This document shows positions 48,024-64,000 of a stretch of DNA of 64,000 nucleotides, piece after piece. This stretch comes from the human T2T-CHM13v2.0 reference genome, Homo sapiens, in NCBI RefSeq assembly GCF_009914755.1, contig NC_060934.1. One strand, 5' to 3'. How positions within the stretch are numbered: the stretch's first letter is position 1; each line of letters opens with the position of its first letter. The notes beneath the pieces were generated by a model. The model was given only the letters and a program-made list of their open reading frames with translations. It had not been told where the DNA came from and made no database searches. A program made the position numbers and the translations under genes.

Positions 48024-49125
48024 CTGGGGTGGGGGGTGCAGAGTGAGCCCTGGCGGGCAGTGAGGGGCAGCCAGCCCCCTGTCCTGCCACCAGCAGGACC
48101 CACCTCACCTCACAGGGCTCTACCCACAAACAAGGCAGTAAAGCCACACAGTACACCGTGGGGAAACCATACCCACGAAACTCCCAACAAACCCCACTTG
48201 CTGTGAGGAAGGCCAAGGCTGGGAGCCAGGGCTTAGGGGGCTAGGGGTGCTGGCCAGCCCAACTCCAAACTTCCTTTCCCGCCTTTGCCCAGATACAGGG
48301 ACCTTCTGAAAGCCCTGCCCCACCCTGGCCTCTGAAGCCTTATTTTTGCCAGACTGAGCGAATGAAGAGCCAGAGTCTGGTGAGCCTTTGTGTGGCTGAG
48401 ACTGAAATATGTCTGTCATGTCTGTCGTCCCAGGCATCCAGGTGGAGTGCAGGCCCGTGCACTCCCGACCCCCAGATGCTCCACTGGGGCATTCCCCCAA
48501 GTAGAGTTTGCCCACTTTCAGCAGTGAGAAGCCAACACCTTCATCTAACAGAGAAGGGAAGCAAAGCCCAGCGAGCGAGCTGAGCAGCCTGGAGAAATGG
48601 AGCCCAAGGAGCGGCTGTGTCCTTGGACTCCGAGTGTTTGCCCCACCAGCACTCCCCACAGACGTCCCCGCCCTCGTGCTGCCTAGGATGTTCGAAGGCA
48701 CCGAGAGTCATAGCCCTTTTAGGGGCAGGGACCCTGAGGGAAGGCACGTTCCTGTCCCCAGAAGGTGCATGTGAAATTGTTCGGCACATGCATTTGGGGA
48801 CCCCGTTCCGGAATGCCCTGCGAGAGGCCTTTCCGCAGAGCTCAATACTCTCATCAGAGATGAGACCCCCCGCACCTGCCAGAGAGGAAGATGGGGCGGC
48901 ACATACACAGGGGAACTCCTCCATCCCCACCAAGGGATGTGCTTGCAGAAACACACAGCAGCCATGAGGGCAAGCCCAGGCACAGGTGAACTCAGACTAA
49001 CACAACACGGTGGGCTCACTGAAGGTCTGAGCCGCTGGGGCAGAGGATCACGGACCAGGGGCCTAGACCTGTGCACAGGAGGTCTAATACTGGATGCCTA
49101 ATCCTCAGACTGAAGCCCTGGGTAC

Positions 49126-49253
49126 CTTTTCTGTGATCTCCTTTATTGACGCCACAGTGGTCACATCGAAATGGCCGCTTCTCCGCTTATAGTCGACAAA
49201 CAGGCAATCTTTGACACCCCGCTCAATGGCCTGCTGGGAGGCCTTCATCACCT
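49126..49253 (-). CDS. DLG5: DLG5 coding exon (probably 29), GUK domain
   Basis: Manual translation VMKASQQAIERGVKDCLFVDYKRRSGHFDVTTVASIKEITEK; ttgcag| and AAG|gtaccc; 128 nt. Confidence 0.93.
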
Positions 49254-49515
49254 CTGCAATGCACAGACACAGGAATCAGGGAGCCCCAGGCCCTGCTGAG
49301 CCCCAGCAGAGGGAGCAGGGGAAGAACACTGCTCAGCAGCTGTCAGTAACCCAGTCCTGCCATGCATGAATCTGACCCATGTCAGCAGGCTTCTGGAACA
49401 CTGTGAAATCTGCCCCCCGGTACTGCCACCCACTGTGCACAGCTGGGCAGGCAGGTGGACAGGGACATAGAGACAAAGAGCCCAGTAGGCACAGAGGGTG
49501 CCCCGTGCCCCTTAC

Positions 49516-49659
49516 CAAGGGGACATCTGCAGAACTTGCCAGGAGCCTCATTCACCAGCATCTCCTTCACCACGTCCAGCAAAGGCCCCAGAATCAGGAC
49601 AGGCCTCAGAGCGGTGCAGTCCACCTTCTGGACCCGCTGATAGGCCAGGCTCACCGAAT
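49516..49659 (-). CDS. DLG5: DLG5 coding exon (probably 28), start of guanylate-kinase-like domain
   Basis: SVSLAYQRVQKVDCTALRPVLILGPLLDVVKEMLVNEAPGKFCRCPL; ctctccctcag| and G|gtaagg; 144 nt. Confidence 0.95.
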
Positions 49660-50968
49660 CTGAGGGAGAGAGAGCAGCAGCGTCACGGACCCAGCTTGGA
49701 GTGGAGGACCTGAGTGGGGCTGGGGAACCCCGCTCCCTGACCTCGCCCACTCTGGTTTGCCTGGGACTCCCCCAGCTTCAGCACTGAAAATCTCGTGTCC
49801 CAGGCACAACCGGGCATCGTCACCCCTGGAGTCCAGCATGAGCACCCCCCATGCCCTCTGTGAACACCAGAGGCAGCTGGTCTCAACCACTCATCCCAGA
49901 GCTTCCTTCTGCTCTGATTTTTCCTCGTGGGTCGACGCCTGCTTCCCCTGCCCCATCTCCATTCTCCTCTGCTCTCTGGCAAGGCAGCCTCTGGGGTTTG
50001 GCAGGTAAAGCTCCCACTCCCCAGGAAGGTGTGGTCAGTGTAACCCAGACCTGCCCAGTGACAGGTGAGGCCTCCCCAATCTGCACGGCTAGAACAGGTG
50101 AGTGCTGTGAGCCAGCTCTGGCCATGCAGTTGAGGATAACCCTTAAGAAATGGCAGAGGCACAAGATGGAAGGGACCTGGGTCCTGGATGATCCTCAGAA
50201 CGCAATGCCTCTCCCACATCAACCACAGCTCAGACTTGTACATGACAGAGAAATAAACTGCCCATTATGCTTAAGCCACTGTTATTTGGTTTCAGTTAAA
50301 GCAGTCAAACCAATATCCTAGTTGATACATGCAGTAAACCTCCCCTTGCACCAAATGAATAAAGTCCTTGCAGGGAGACACAGTCTAAAACCCAGCAAGA
50401 TCTTCCTGGCGTCTCCCTGGTATAAGTCACTGTGCTGGAATCTCAGAAACATAATAAAGAATAGAACACAGAGTTCCTGCCATTAAAAAGCACACACTTT
50501 AACTAGAGTCACAACAGAGCAACACATGAACAGCAAGAGAGCACGCAAGAGCTGCCTGGCAATTCCAGGAGCGGCGGGCTTCAGTAGACACTGTGGCTGG
50601 ATGACAGGGTGAAAAGACCACTTGGGCAGGCCCAGGAGGGAAGTGGGATGAGAGTCTCCAGAAAGAGCAGGGCAAGAGGATGAGTATGGAGATGATGGGG
50701 AGGGCAGAGCACAAGATGACTGCAGGCTTGGGAGGAAGGGTCCATGAGAGGCTTGGCCTGGAGGGATCTGTACGCATATGCAGAACAAGGAGTGACTGCA
50801 GAGCAGGCACAGGGACCAGGAGGCAGAAGGCTCAGGAGAACACAAGCACAGTGCCAGCTGCAGCAGCAGGCTCCATGAAGAGCAACCTGTGGGCAAACTC
50901 AGGGAGTAAGTAAAGTCTCTCCTCTCCTCTTGCCCTGTCCCTGTGTGTGTGTTTTTTAGAAGTGATCA

Positions 50969-51277
50969 CTGCTGGGCATGGTGGCTCACGTCTGTAATCC
51001 CAGCACTTTGGGAGGCTGAGGCAGGTGGATCGCTTGAGGTCAAGAGTTTGAGACCAGCCTGGCCAATAAGGCAAGACCCCTTCTCTACTAAAAATACAAA
51101 AATTAGCCGGGTGTGCTGGCGCACACCTGTAATCCCAGCTACTCAGGAAGCTGAAGCACAACAATCACTTGAACCCAGGAGGCGGAGGTTGCAGTGAGCC
51201 GAGACTGCACCACTGTACTCCAGCCTGGGCAACAGAGCAAGACTAGATCTCAATAAAAATAAATAAAATAATAAAAC
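50969..51277 (+). mobile_element. Alu in DLG5 intron
   Basis: Alu consensus with A-rich tail. Confidence 0.85.
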
Positions 51278-52330
51278 TGATCATTATCCACATACATCCA
51301 CACAGTCTTTTACACAGCACTTCCTAACCTGGTGACCAGCAGCTCTGTTGTTTAAAACTGGAGGAGGGTTTGGTGGTCACATTCACCACCTTGGAACCCC
51401 ATGTGGTCCCGAGTGAAGGCTCTGAGGAGGAGTCACGCGGCAAAGAACTTCCTCCGAGAGGAGTTTACATAAACAAATCCTCTCTGCAACAAATCTGAAC
51501 CTCACGGATAAGGCCAGCACTCCTCTCTGATACCCCTTCCCCAACCTCAGTCCCCACTGGGCTCCTTGAAGGTAACCACTATTATGAGCTGGAAGTGTAT
51601 CCTAGTTCTTCTTATAAACTGATTTTTATATGCTAAAGAAAACCTAGAATATATATTGTTTAAGTGTGTCTGTGGATACTTTATAACTCGCTCCTTGTCC
51701 GGGGCTGTGTTTCTGGGAGGCATCCCTGGTGATTCGTCGTGGGCCGCTCTGCTCCTTTTGGGCATCCCATTAACACTTATTCTGGATCGACTTATCCACT
51801 TCCCTGCTGATGGACACTACGTCACCATTCCCTCCATTTACTAGTATAAGAATCATATTCTCAAATTATGGCACAGTTGCTATAGGGTGGAATTCAATAT
51901 AGTGCTTAAAAGAATGGTTTGGAAGAATATTACTGAGATGGGAAGATGCTAACAATATGATAGTGGAAATACCTGGATGAAAACAGTGTAATGCAGTGTA
52001 ATCCCAGCTTTGTTGTATTAAGTAAAAAACTGGTAAGAAATACATTAAAATGTTAATGGTTAAAAAAAACCATATTCTCCCTTAATGATTACTAACATTC
52101 CACACTATGGGGTACCAATTTAGGAGATTCTTTTTCCTCCCTGACAATCTTCTTTGTCAGATGTCCTCACAATTACAGAATTGTAAGACTAGACAGCATC
52201 TTATGAGTCACTGACTCCAACTGGAGAAGAAAAACAGCCTATCCAAGGTCACAGCTAATCAGGGCAGAGCAAAGGCATGGTCCTGGGGGTTCCAACCTTA
52301 GACCATACGGCAATGGCTTTCTTTAAAAGG

Positions 52331-53012
52331 TGCTGTGGACTGAACTATGTCCCCTCGACATTTATATGTTGAAGCCCTAAGCCCCAGTGTGACTACCTTT
52401 GGAGACGGAGTCTTCAGGAGGTAAGTTAAATGAGGTCAGAAGAGCAAGGCCCTAATCTGATAGAACTGCGGCTTTTTAAGAGGAAGAGACACCAGAGATC
52501 TCTCTGTCTCCAACATGTGAGGACACAGCAAGGAGGCAGCTGCGTACAAGGCAGGATGACAGCCCTCACCAGAACCAACCACACTGGCACCCAGATCTCG
52601 GATTTCCAACCTCAAGAACTGTGAGAAAATGAATTCTTGTTATTTAAGTCACCTAGTCTGTGGTATTGGTTTTTTGGTTTGTTTTTGTTTTTGAGATATG
52701 CTCTTGCTTTGTTGCCAGGCTGAAGTGGAGTGGCACAATCATAGCTCATCGCAGCACTGTACTCCTGGGCTTAGGTGATCCTCCAGCCTCAGCCTCCTGA
52801 GTAGCCGGGACTACAGGCACACGCCACCACACTTGATTAGTTTTTTAAAGTTTTTGTAGAGATGGGAGTCTTGCCATGTTGCCCAGGCTGGTCTCAAACT
52901 CCTGGCCTCAAGCGATCCTCTTGCCTCAGCTTCCCAAAGTGCTGGGATTACAGGTGTGAGCTACCGTGCCTGGCCTGTGGTATTTGGTTACAGCAGCCCT
53001 AGCAGACTAACA
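52331..53012 (+). mobile_element. MLT1 (MaLR) LTR with antisense AluJ-like insert (52670-52975)
   Basis: tgctgtggactgaa...cagcagccctagcagactaac; Alu TSD ctgtggtatt. Confidence 0.75.
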
Positions 53013-53498
53013 TAAGAGGAAAACCAGTCCTCCATATATTCCTGAGACACTCCCGCACAAGCCCCTAAAAGAGCAAGCATAAAGACATGCAGTGTCCTCT
53101 GGGTGGTGGAGAGTTGAGTCCACTTAGACCATTGCAGGTGGGTGCACAATCAGCAGGGTGGGGGGTACCAGGGATGCTATGCAGCAGTTGGAAGCAATAA
53201 ACTAAAGCAGGAATTCAAAACCCACTGTGCATTAGAATTAGCTGGGGTAACTTTTAAACTACTACACAGGGATTACCACTCCCAGGTATAATGGAACAGC
53301 TTGCAGCATCCCTTGGAGAACACCTAGAAAATCTGGGTAAAAAATGAGAAATATCTTTTTGAAGGCATCGTAGAGTGGCAGAGACAAGACAGAATTTGAG
53401 ATGCCAAGATCCTGGAGAGAAGGAAACTGGAGTATTAGAAGCTGACATTCTGCAGGCCTTTCCCCCTTCAGAGCAACTGGAGACTTCTAAAGTGAGAG

Positions 53499-53651
53499 TG
53501 AGGGGCAGAGAACCCAGGCAGAGGGCCGCCGCTGAGGGGCTGAGAACCCAGGCACGGGGCCGCCGCTGAGGGGCTGAGAACCCAGGCACGGGGCCGCCGC
53601 TGAGGGGCTGAGAACCCAGGCACGGGGCCGCCGCTGAGGGCTGAGAACCCA
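53499..53651 (+). repeat. GC-rich minisatellite, 34-bp unit x ~4.5
   Basis: tgaggggctgagaacccaggcacggggccgccgc at 53499 (variant), 53533, 53567, 53601, partial at 53635. Confidence 0.95.
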
Positions 53652-54842
53652 CGAAAAGTTTCTGAAAATCTCCAAAGCAGGTGAGATCAAAACGGAGTTC
53701 AGGGCTGCCAGGACCTGGTGGGTCATTATTCCAGAGGAAGGGAAGGGCAAAGAACTAAGTCTGGTATCACAGGTTTTCCCTTAAAGCCATTTGCCAAATT
53801 CTTAAGCTGTGAAAAGCAAGAAGCTAAGCATCTAAGACAGTCACTAAGACACTGAGCAGTGTTCCATGGCCTCCCAGTGCTGAAGAGTGAGAAACTGGAA
53901 GTCAAGGCTCCCTAGGGAAGAGCGGCCCTAGGGAACACCCCAGGCTGGGACCACTGGTGGGCCACCCCCTAGGGTCAGGTGAACCACCAGCTGCACAAAA
54001 GCTGCAACCCAGCCTGAGGTCAGCTGAGTCTGTGGCTGGATCAAAGTGATCTGCGAGCAGCGGCTATCTCCAGAGCAGAGGGCAGACCCTCTCTGGAAGC
54101 TGGCAACATGACTCGGAGCCCTGAAAATCCCCTAAACATAACTTCTGACATCTCAATAAACAATAACCAGGCATATCATGGGGCAGGACCAAGAAAAACA
54201 AAGACCACAGAAAGAGACTCAGGGATGACCACACATGACAGTTACCAAACGCAGTCTTTACAAACATATGATTCAAGTATTTAAGAGGACAGATGACAAG
54301 AGGGAAAGTCTCAGCAGAGAATTAAAGCCTGGTAAAAAAGAACCAAGTGGAAACTCTAGAGTGATAAATAAAATACAACTTCTGAAAGTAAGAACATAAT
54401 GGATGCAACAGAAGAGTGGAATAATGAACAGGAAAAAAGAGTAGAAAACAACCAGGCTGGCTGAATCATGGAGAGAAAGAAAGAAGTGGAAAATGCAGGA
54501 GAAAAAGAGCCCAGAAGACAGGAGACAGACAGGGTATTGTCGAAGAACAAAAACCCCGAGGAGAGGCAAGGTCAGCACAGAAGCAATATGAAAGAAACTG
54601 CGGCCAGGAATCTCCAAAACCGACCACACCACCAAACTACAGATGTAAAAAGTGCTAAGCACCTTCTGAGCAGGATAAACACAAAGAAAACCACACGGGG
54701 GAAGCACGGTGTGGTAAGAAATTAAGAAGTTTCTTTCTGAGAAAGGAAGGCAGAGAAAACCCTACCCACTCATGGTGGTGGACGGGTGGTGGCACTGCCT
54801 TCAGCACTGAGCCTGGAAAGATGACTTCTCACCAGCAATGAG

Positions 54843-55327
54843 TGTGGCAGGCTGACAAGTGTCCCCCAAAGACTGACTCATGTCCTAAGCCCCAGATCCC
54901 ATGAGCATTACACCTTATGCAACAAAAGAAGCGATGATTCAGTTAAAGGCCTTGGGAGGAAGGGCTTTTCCTGGAGTATCTGGGTGGGTCCTAAATAAAA
55001 CCCCACGGGTCCTCTGAGAGGCAGAGGGAGTTGAGAGAGAGACCCACGTGGAGGACGAGGTGACGTGAAGATGGAGCAGATGAGATTTGAAGATGACAGT
55101 GATGTGGCCACAGCAAAGGCTTGGCAGCAGCCACCAGAAGCTGGGAGGGGCAAGGAACAGGCTCTCTCCTCAAGCCCGGAGGGAGCGAAGGTTGGCCAAC
55201 AATTTGACTGACCCAGTGGTCCTGAGTGTGGACTTCTGGCCTCCAGAACTGTGGGAGGATAAACCTGTGTGTTTGAAGCCACACAGTCTGTGGTAATTGG
55301 GTACAGCGGCCACAGGAAACTACTACA
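54843..55327 (+). mobile_element. MLT1-type LTR within an old L1 remnant (~53250-56800)
   Basis: tgtggcaggctga...gacttctggcctccagaactgtg...acagcggccacaggaaacta. Confidence 0.7.
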
Positions 55328-55668
55328 CAAAGAGAGCCAGGGACCAGGAATGATATCTTTAAAGCACCCAAGTAAAACATCCACCAATCTAAAATTCTAT
55401 ATCCAGTGAGAATCTCCAAAAACGATATTAAAATGGACATTTTCAGACACAAACACTGACAGGATGTGTCACCAAAAAACCTGCACTACAAGAAAAACAT
55501 TTCTGCAAGTTGTTCAGCAGAAAGAAAACAAAATCAGAAGCACAAAACTGCAGGAAGGAATAAAGAGCAATGGAAATGTAAAAGGCAAAAACCGATGAAT
55601 AATTGATGTGCAAATGGACAGACTGAGTCAGAGTTAAAGTATCTGTAGAATTAAAATGAGAAAAGTAT

Positions 55669-58375
<2,707 letters not shown>

Positions 58376-58727
58376 TGAGATGCAAGTTGAAGTCACAGGT
58401 TAGGGCTTCCAGATAGCTGCTGAAAGAGGCACGCTCAGCTGAGGCACACTTCTGCCTTACCACTCCTTCCTTCCTCCTGCTGCCTGAAACAGGGACATGA
58501 TGGCTGCAGCTGCATTGACAGGCGGTGACTGGGAGGATGGAAGCCACACCCCATAGATGTGGCTCTGAAGATGGCAGCACCCCCCGACCAAGCCGAACAC
58601 ACACCTTCAGACTTGCGCACAAAAGCAAAGTAAGACTCTCTTTTGTTTAAGTCCCTGTTGTGGAGCTCCTGGATCCACAGCAAGCCCCATCTGGAGAGCC
58701 CACTGGAAAATGAGCTCAGCCACTTGC

Positions 58728-58924
58728 CTTCAAAGAGTGGAATGGAGTCACTGGAAAAGGCATCCAAGGCGAGCAGGTCTTTCCCGTCCTTGGACCCGCT
58801 GCGTTTGTGCTTGTGTTTCCTCCGAAAAAAGGACCGGCGTGCAGCCGCTGACAGCGTCTTTGTGGCGCTATTGTCATCTTTGACTTCAGACATGCTGAGC
58901 CTCCTGGAGAATTCTTGGTCCATC
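58728..58924 (-). CDS. DLG5: DLG5 coding exon (probably 27), SH3-GUK HOOK linker; ends in a GC donor
   Basis: MDQEFSRRLSMSEVKDDNSATKTLSAAARRSFFRRKHKHKRSGSKDGKDLLALDAFSSDSIPLFE; acag| and AAG|gcaagt; 197 nt; final G joins AT of next exon to give Asp. Confidence 0.92.
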
Positions 58925-59819
58925 CTGTGGCACAGGGGACAATGCTGGGCAGGGCCATCAAGACCCTGCTGCCCTGCCCTTCCTGCCCTTCCTGGTGAGA
59001 AAAGCAAAGGTGGGCCAGACACTGGGCTCCCCCCACACTCCTTGGCAGGTCTCAAGGCTACATCTCCTCCCACGCCCCTGGGAACCCTCGGTACATGCTG
59101 CGGGGGTGACACAAACACCAGCACCAGGGCAAGCTCTCAGAGCAGGCGATTTTTTCTACTACAGCATATTCAGCTCGGTGTCAAAAGGAACTGCTAGGAC
59201 AGCCTTCAATTGGTGACATGACGAGTTACGCTTCCTGCCATAGAAGGGAAATGATGCAGGGATGCAGGCTGCCTCGAAAACATGCTCAGTGACAGGAGCC
59301 AGATGAAAGGCCACACTATGCAATCCCAACCACACAGAAGTCCACACAGGGAGACCCATGGGTATCAAAAGTAAAGTAGTGGCTGCCTAGGGCTGAGGGC
59401 TGGGTGGGAGGACAGTGGGATAAGGGGCTGACAGCTAATGGGTCTGGGGTTTGTTTGAGGTGATGGAAATGCTCTAAAATTAACTGTAGTGGCGGCTGCA
59501 CACACCTATCAATATGTTGAAAACCACTGAATGGTACACTTTGAGGGAGCGGCAAGGCACGAGTATCTCCATAAATCCATTTTTCTAAAACACGTTATGC
59601 CTTCTGACCCATCACTGTGCTCTATACAGCACTGACTCACACTAGGAGCAGCTTTTTAGACCAGCACTTGTGGCAAAATGTAGAGAGCAGAAGCTAAGAT
59701 AAGAAGCAGAACCCCTCCTCCAGCAGCCCTGGCCCCAGCCCCCTCCCATGGGACAGCTCCATGGCTGGTGGCCCTCGGCGACCCCGCCCCACCCCACCCC
59801 AGGCCCGGAGAACACTTAC

Positions 59820-59990
59820 ACATATTTGCTGGGAATCTGCCCGCGCTGGATCTTCTGGGCATTCTCGTCCAGCTGCCAAGCCATCCAGGACCCGAACGTG
59901 CCCTGGGGTAAGGTGTCATCCACGTAGAGGATGTCATCCTTCTTAAAGCTCAACTCTTGCTCCACATCTGCCAGCCGGTCGTACAGGGCC
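59820..59990 (-). CDS. DLG5: DLG5 coding exon (probably 26), SH3 domain
   Basis: ALYDRLADVEQELSFKKDDILYVDDTLPQGTFGSWMAWQLDENAQKIQRGQIPSKY (ALYD and IPS motifs of SH3); ccag| and GT|gtaagt; 171 nt. Confidence 0.95.
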
Positions 59991-60857
59991 CTGGACCACA
60001 GCACAGAAGGAACACGATCAGGCGGCTCTGGCCACCAAGGACGAACCAGGTGCCTTCTGTGGCCAGGCCCCTAAGGCTGCCATTCTGCTTTGGGCTGTCT
60101 CCAAACTTGATCAGGAATCGCCGAGGGTGGTGATTCTCAAAGTGGGGAGCCCTGTGTTTTACATAAAGGGGCAAAGACTGCCTTTGCTCCCCTAACACTG
60201 AGGGCGCATCCCCATCAAAGAACTCACCAAGATCTGAGGCCATAACTTCCCTTTCCAGGTGGCCTTTCCCAGTTGCCTCCCTCCTCGAAGCCCAGGCCCG
60301 GCCCCTGGTTCCTACAGACTGGAATCTCTCTAGGATGGAAATATGTCATCTTCTACCCTAGAGACAGGGAGTTGTACCGCATCAGTGTTCTCATGCTTTC
60401 TGTGATCTTGGATCTTAGGAAATGTGAAGAAAGCTCTGAGCTCCTCCTAGAAAGCCTGCTGCCATCCCTAAATGCCCACAGCATTTCATACAGTAGTAAG
60501 GGCACTGAAGATGCCTGGAAGTCCACACACACTGCAGAGGGATCTGCAAACCTGGCTTGGGGGACACCAGAAAAAGAGGAGCACAGCACACAGGAAAACG
60601 GGGCTTGACTGCCTCCAAATTCTCTAGGTCTTAAGCCCTAAAGAGGGGGCCCAGCTGGTTCTTTAAGCCCTAAAGGGTTGTTCTAAGTCACAATCATCTC
60701 AACATAAATAAGCGTGCAGATTGAGTGTCAAGGAATGATGATCATGGCCCCAGCCTTGGGGGGCAAGAAACAGAGAGCCATTCACCAGGAAAAGAGTCTC
60801 CAGTGAAAGCCTCTCCTCTGGTTCCAAATCTCCCACCGATTCCCCAGCCACTGGTAC

Positions 60858-61006
60858 CTGATGTAGAAGCTGTCACCAGGCAGGCCCTTGGCCTTCGTGA
60901 ACTCCTCAGGGCGGTACTGCACCTTCAGGCGGACGCCATCCCTGGGCTTCAGCATCTCCACATAGACTTCCTCCACTGTCTTGTTCCGCACGTCCAGGCT
61001 GCCATA
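60858..61006 (-). CDS. DLG5: DLG5 coding exon (probably 25), end of PDZ4 / start of SH3
   Basis: YGSLDVRNKTVEEVYVEMLKPRDGVRLKVQYRPEEFTKAKGLPGDSFYI(R); gcag| and AG|gtacca; 149 nt, phase fits neighbours. Confidence 0.95.
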
Positions 61007-61239
61007 CTGCCAGGGATGGGGGTGGATGCATCAGAAGGCAGAAGCCAGGGGGCAGCTTGGGCACCCGAGAGGGGCCAGTGCTGACCATACGGCAGAAATT
61101 CAACATCCCTCCTTAACTGAGACTCTGGCTACCTCCCCTCTGCAGGAAGGACTGAGTCTTCATGGTCTCCCCAGTCTCCAGGTCCTGTGCATGCTCCCTG
61201 GACACCAGGTCCTCTGCCAAGTGGCTGCCCTGCCCTTGA

Positions 61240-63007
<1,768 letters not shown>

Positions 63008-64000
63008 TTAGCGGGGGCAGTCAAAACCGTAAATCAGTGCCCCTGCTCCCAGGCCCGGCTATCAATCTCATGCCTTAAAGATCAGGATGGCCTCCCTCCC
63101 ATGTGGATCACACTCATTTTCCTAACTTAGTACTTCCTAAGGAAAGGTAAAGTTGGCCTCACTGTCCAGAGCACAGCAATGTATTCAGCAAATGTCTACG
63201 AAGAAGCTTCTATAGACCAGCAACTGCTAACTTGTGAAGAGGGGCCCCTTGCCATCAAGGCACTTACAATCAAGGAAGGGAAGCTGAAAGTAAGCTGCTG
63301 AACACATGGAGGGAGTGAGATGGGACAGCGATGGAAACAGATACAGGGGGCTTCAGGGGAGATGCCAGCCCGGGAGGAAAACCTTGCAGCAGGTAAGTTC
63401 CAATGTGACAGACTCTGGTATAGAGAATGCAGAGCTGGCCTCATTCTGTGAGATGCTGCCCAGGGCTTGGTGAAGGCCTCTCAGTGCTGGAGACACAGCT
63501 CCTCCAGGACGGCAGAGTGATCATGTCACACCATGGCCTGGATGGCCCTCCCTGCAGCCCCAGGCCAGGCTGGACGCTGTGCAGCTCCCATGGAGCTCCT
63601 TCCTCCTCCTGAACTCTGCTGCTCCCTCGGCCTGGACTTCTCTTTATGCCCACTCTTGGCTCTTGCCTGTCCTGAACATTTTAATCCAGCTGCCACCTCC
63701 CCTGCCACACTCCAGTGATCTTCCTGCCTGCTCTGCGGCGGCCGGCAGTGCCCTCCCAGCACCCTGACTCTGCTGCACGTGCCCGGCACTGGTCTGCCAC
63801 CTCATTGGGGGAAGCACTGCTGTGGGTGGCCAGAGCCCAGGGCCTGGCCGGGTGATGACTGTGGGAATGTGTCCAAAGACAGACTCAGAAAGCGAGTGAA
63901 CAAGAAAAGGAGAAGAGAAAGAGAAGATGCAGGGGAAAAAACAAGTCAATAGAAAACAGGAGAAAAAGAGAAAGGAAAAGAGAGAGTAGGGAAGGAAAAA

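Noticed and set aside
46479-48967. Dense overlapping ORFs in GC-rich introns
   Set aside because: Expected from stop-poor GC-rich sequence; no recognisable protein beyond the DLG5 exons
53254-53750. Repetitive-peptide ORFs; CRISPR-like or CTCF array idea
   Set aside because: Translation of a minisatellite; no spacers, eukaryotic context, poor match to the CTCF core
58435-59124. 229-aa ORF
   Set aside because: DLG5 exon 58728-58924 plus open flanking intron

Overview
Primate (almost certainly human) genomic DNA, recognisable as the 3' end of DLG5 (MAGUK scaffold; 10q22.3 in human) plus its downstream flank. The minus strand of 43.85-62.8 kb carries the last nine DLG5 exons (PDZ4-SH3-HOOK-GUK; exons 24-32 if 32 in total) with consistent splice phases, a GC-AG intron, the stop codon, a ~1.65 kb 3'UTR and a polyA signal. 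Downstream lie a full-length processed IMPDH1 pseudogene (32.65-35.02 kb), a U6 snRNA retrocopy nested in an Alu inside an ERV1 LTR, a solo LTR13A with a perfect 6-bp TSD, other LTRs and a dense L1/Alu/MER75 patchwork (2.5-16.5 kb) with several template-switch-like duplications. The most intriguing unexplained element is a non-repetitive minus-strand stretch at 35.16-36.47 kb. It has a splice acceptor, Kozak ATG, a 168-codon ORF with a hydrophobic segment, further stop-interrupted frames, a terminal AATAAA and a candidate upstream exon at 40.74-40.85 kb, so it may be a decayed (unitary) gene. Repeat subfamily names are from recall of consensus sequences, not a database search.
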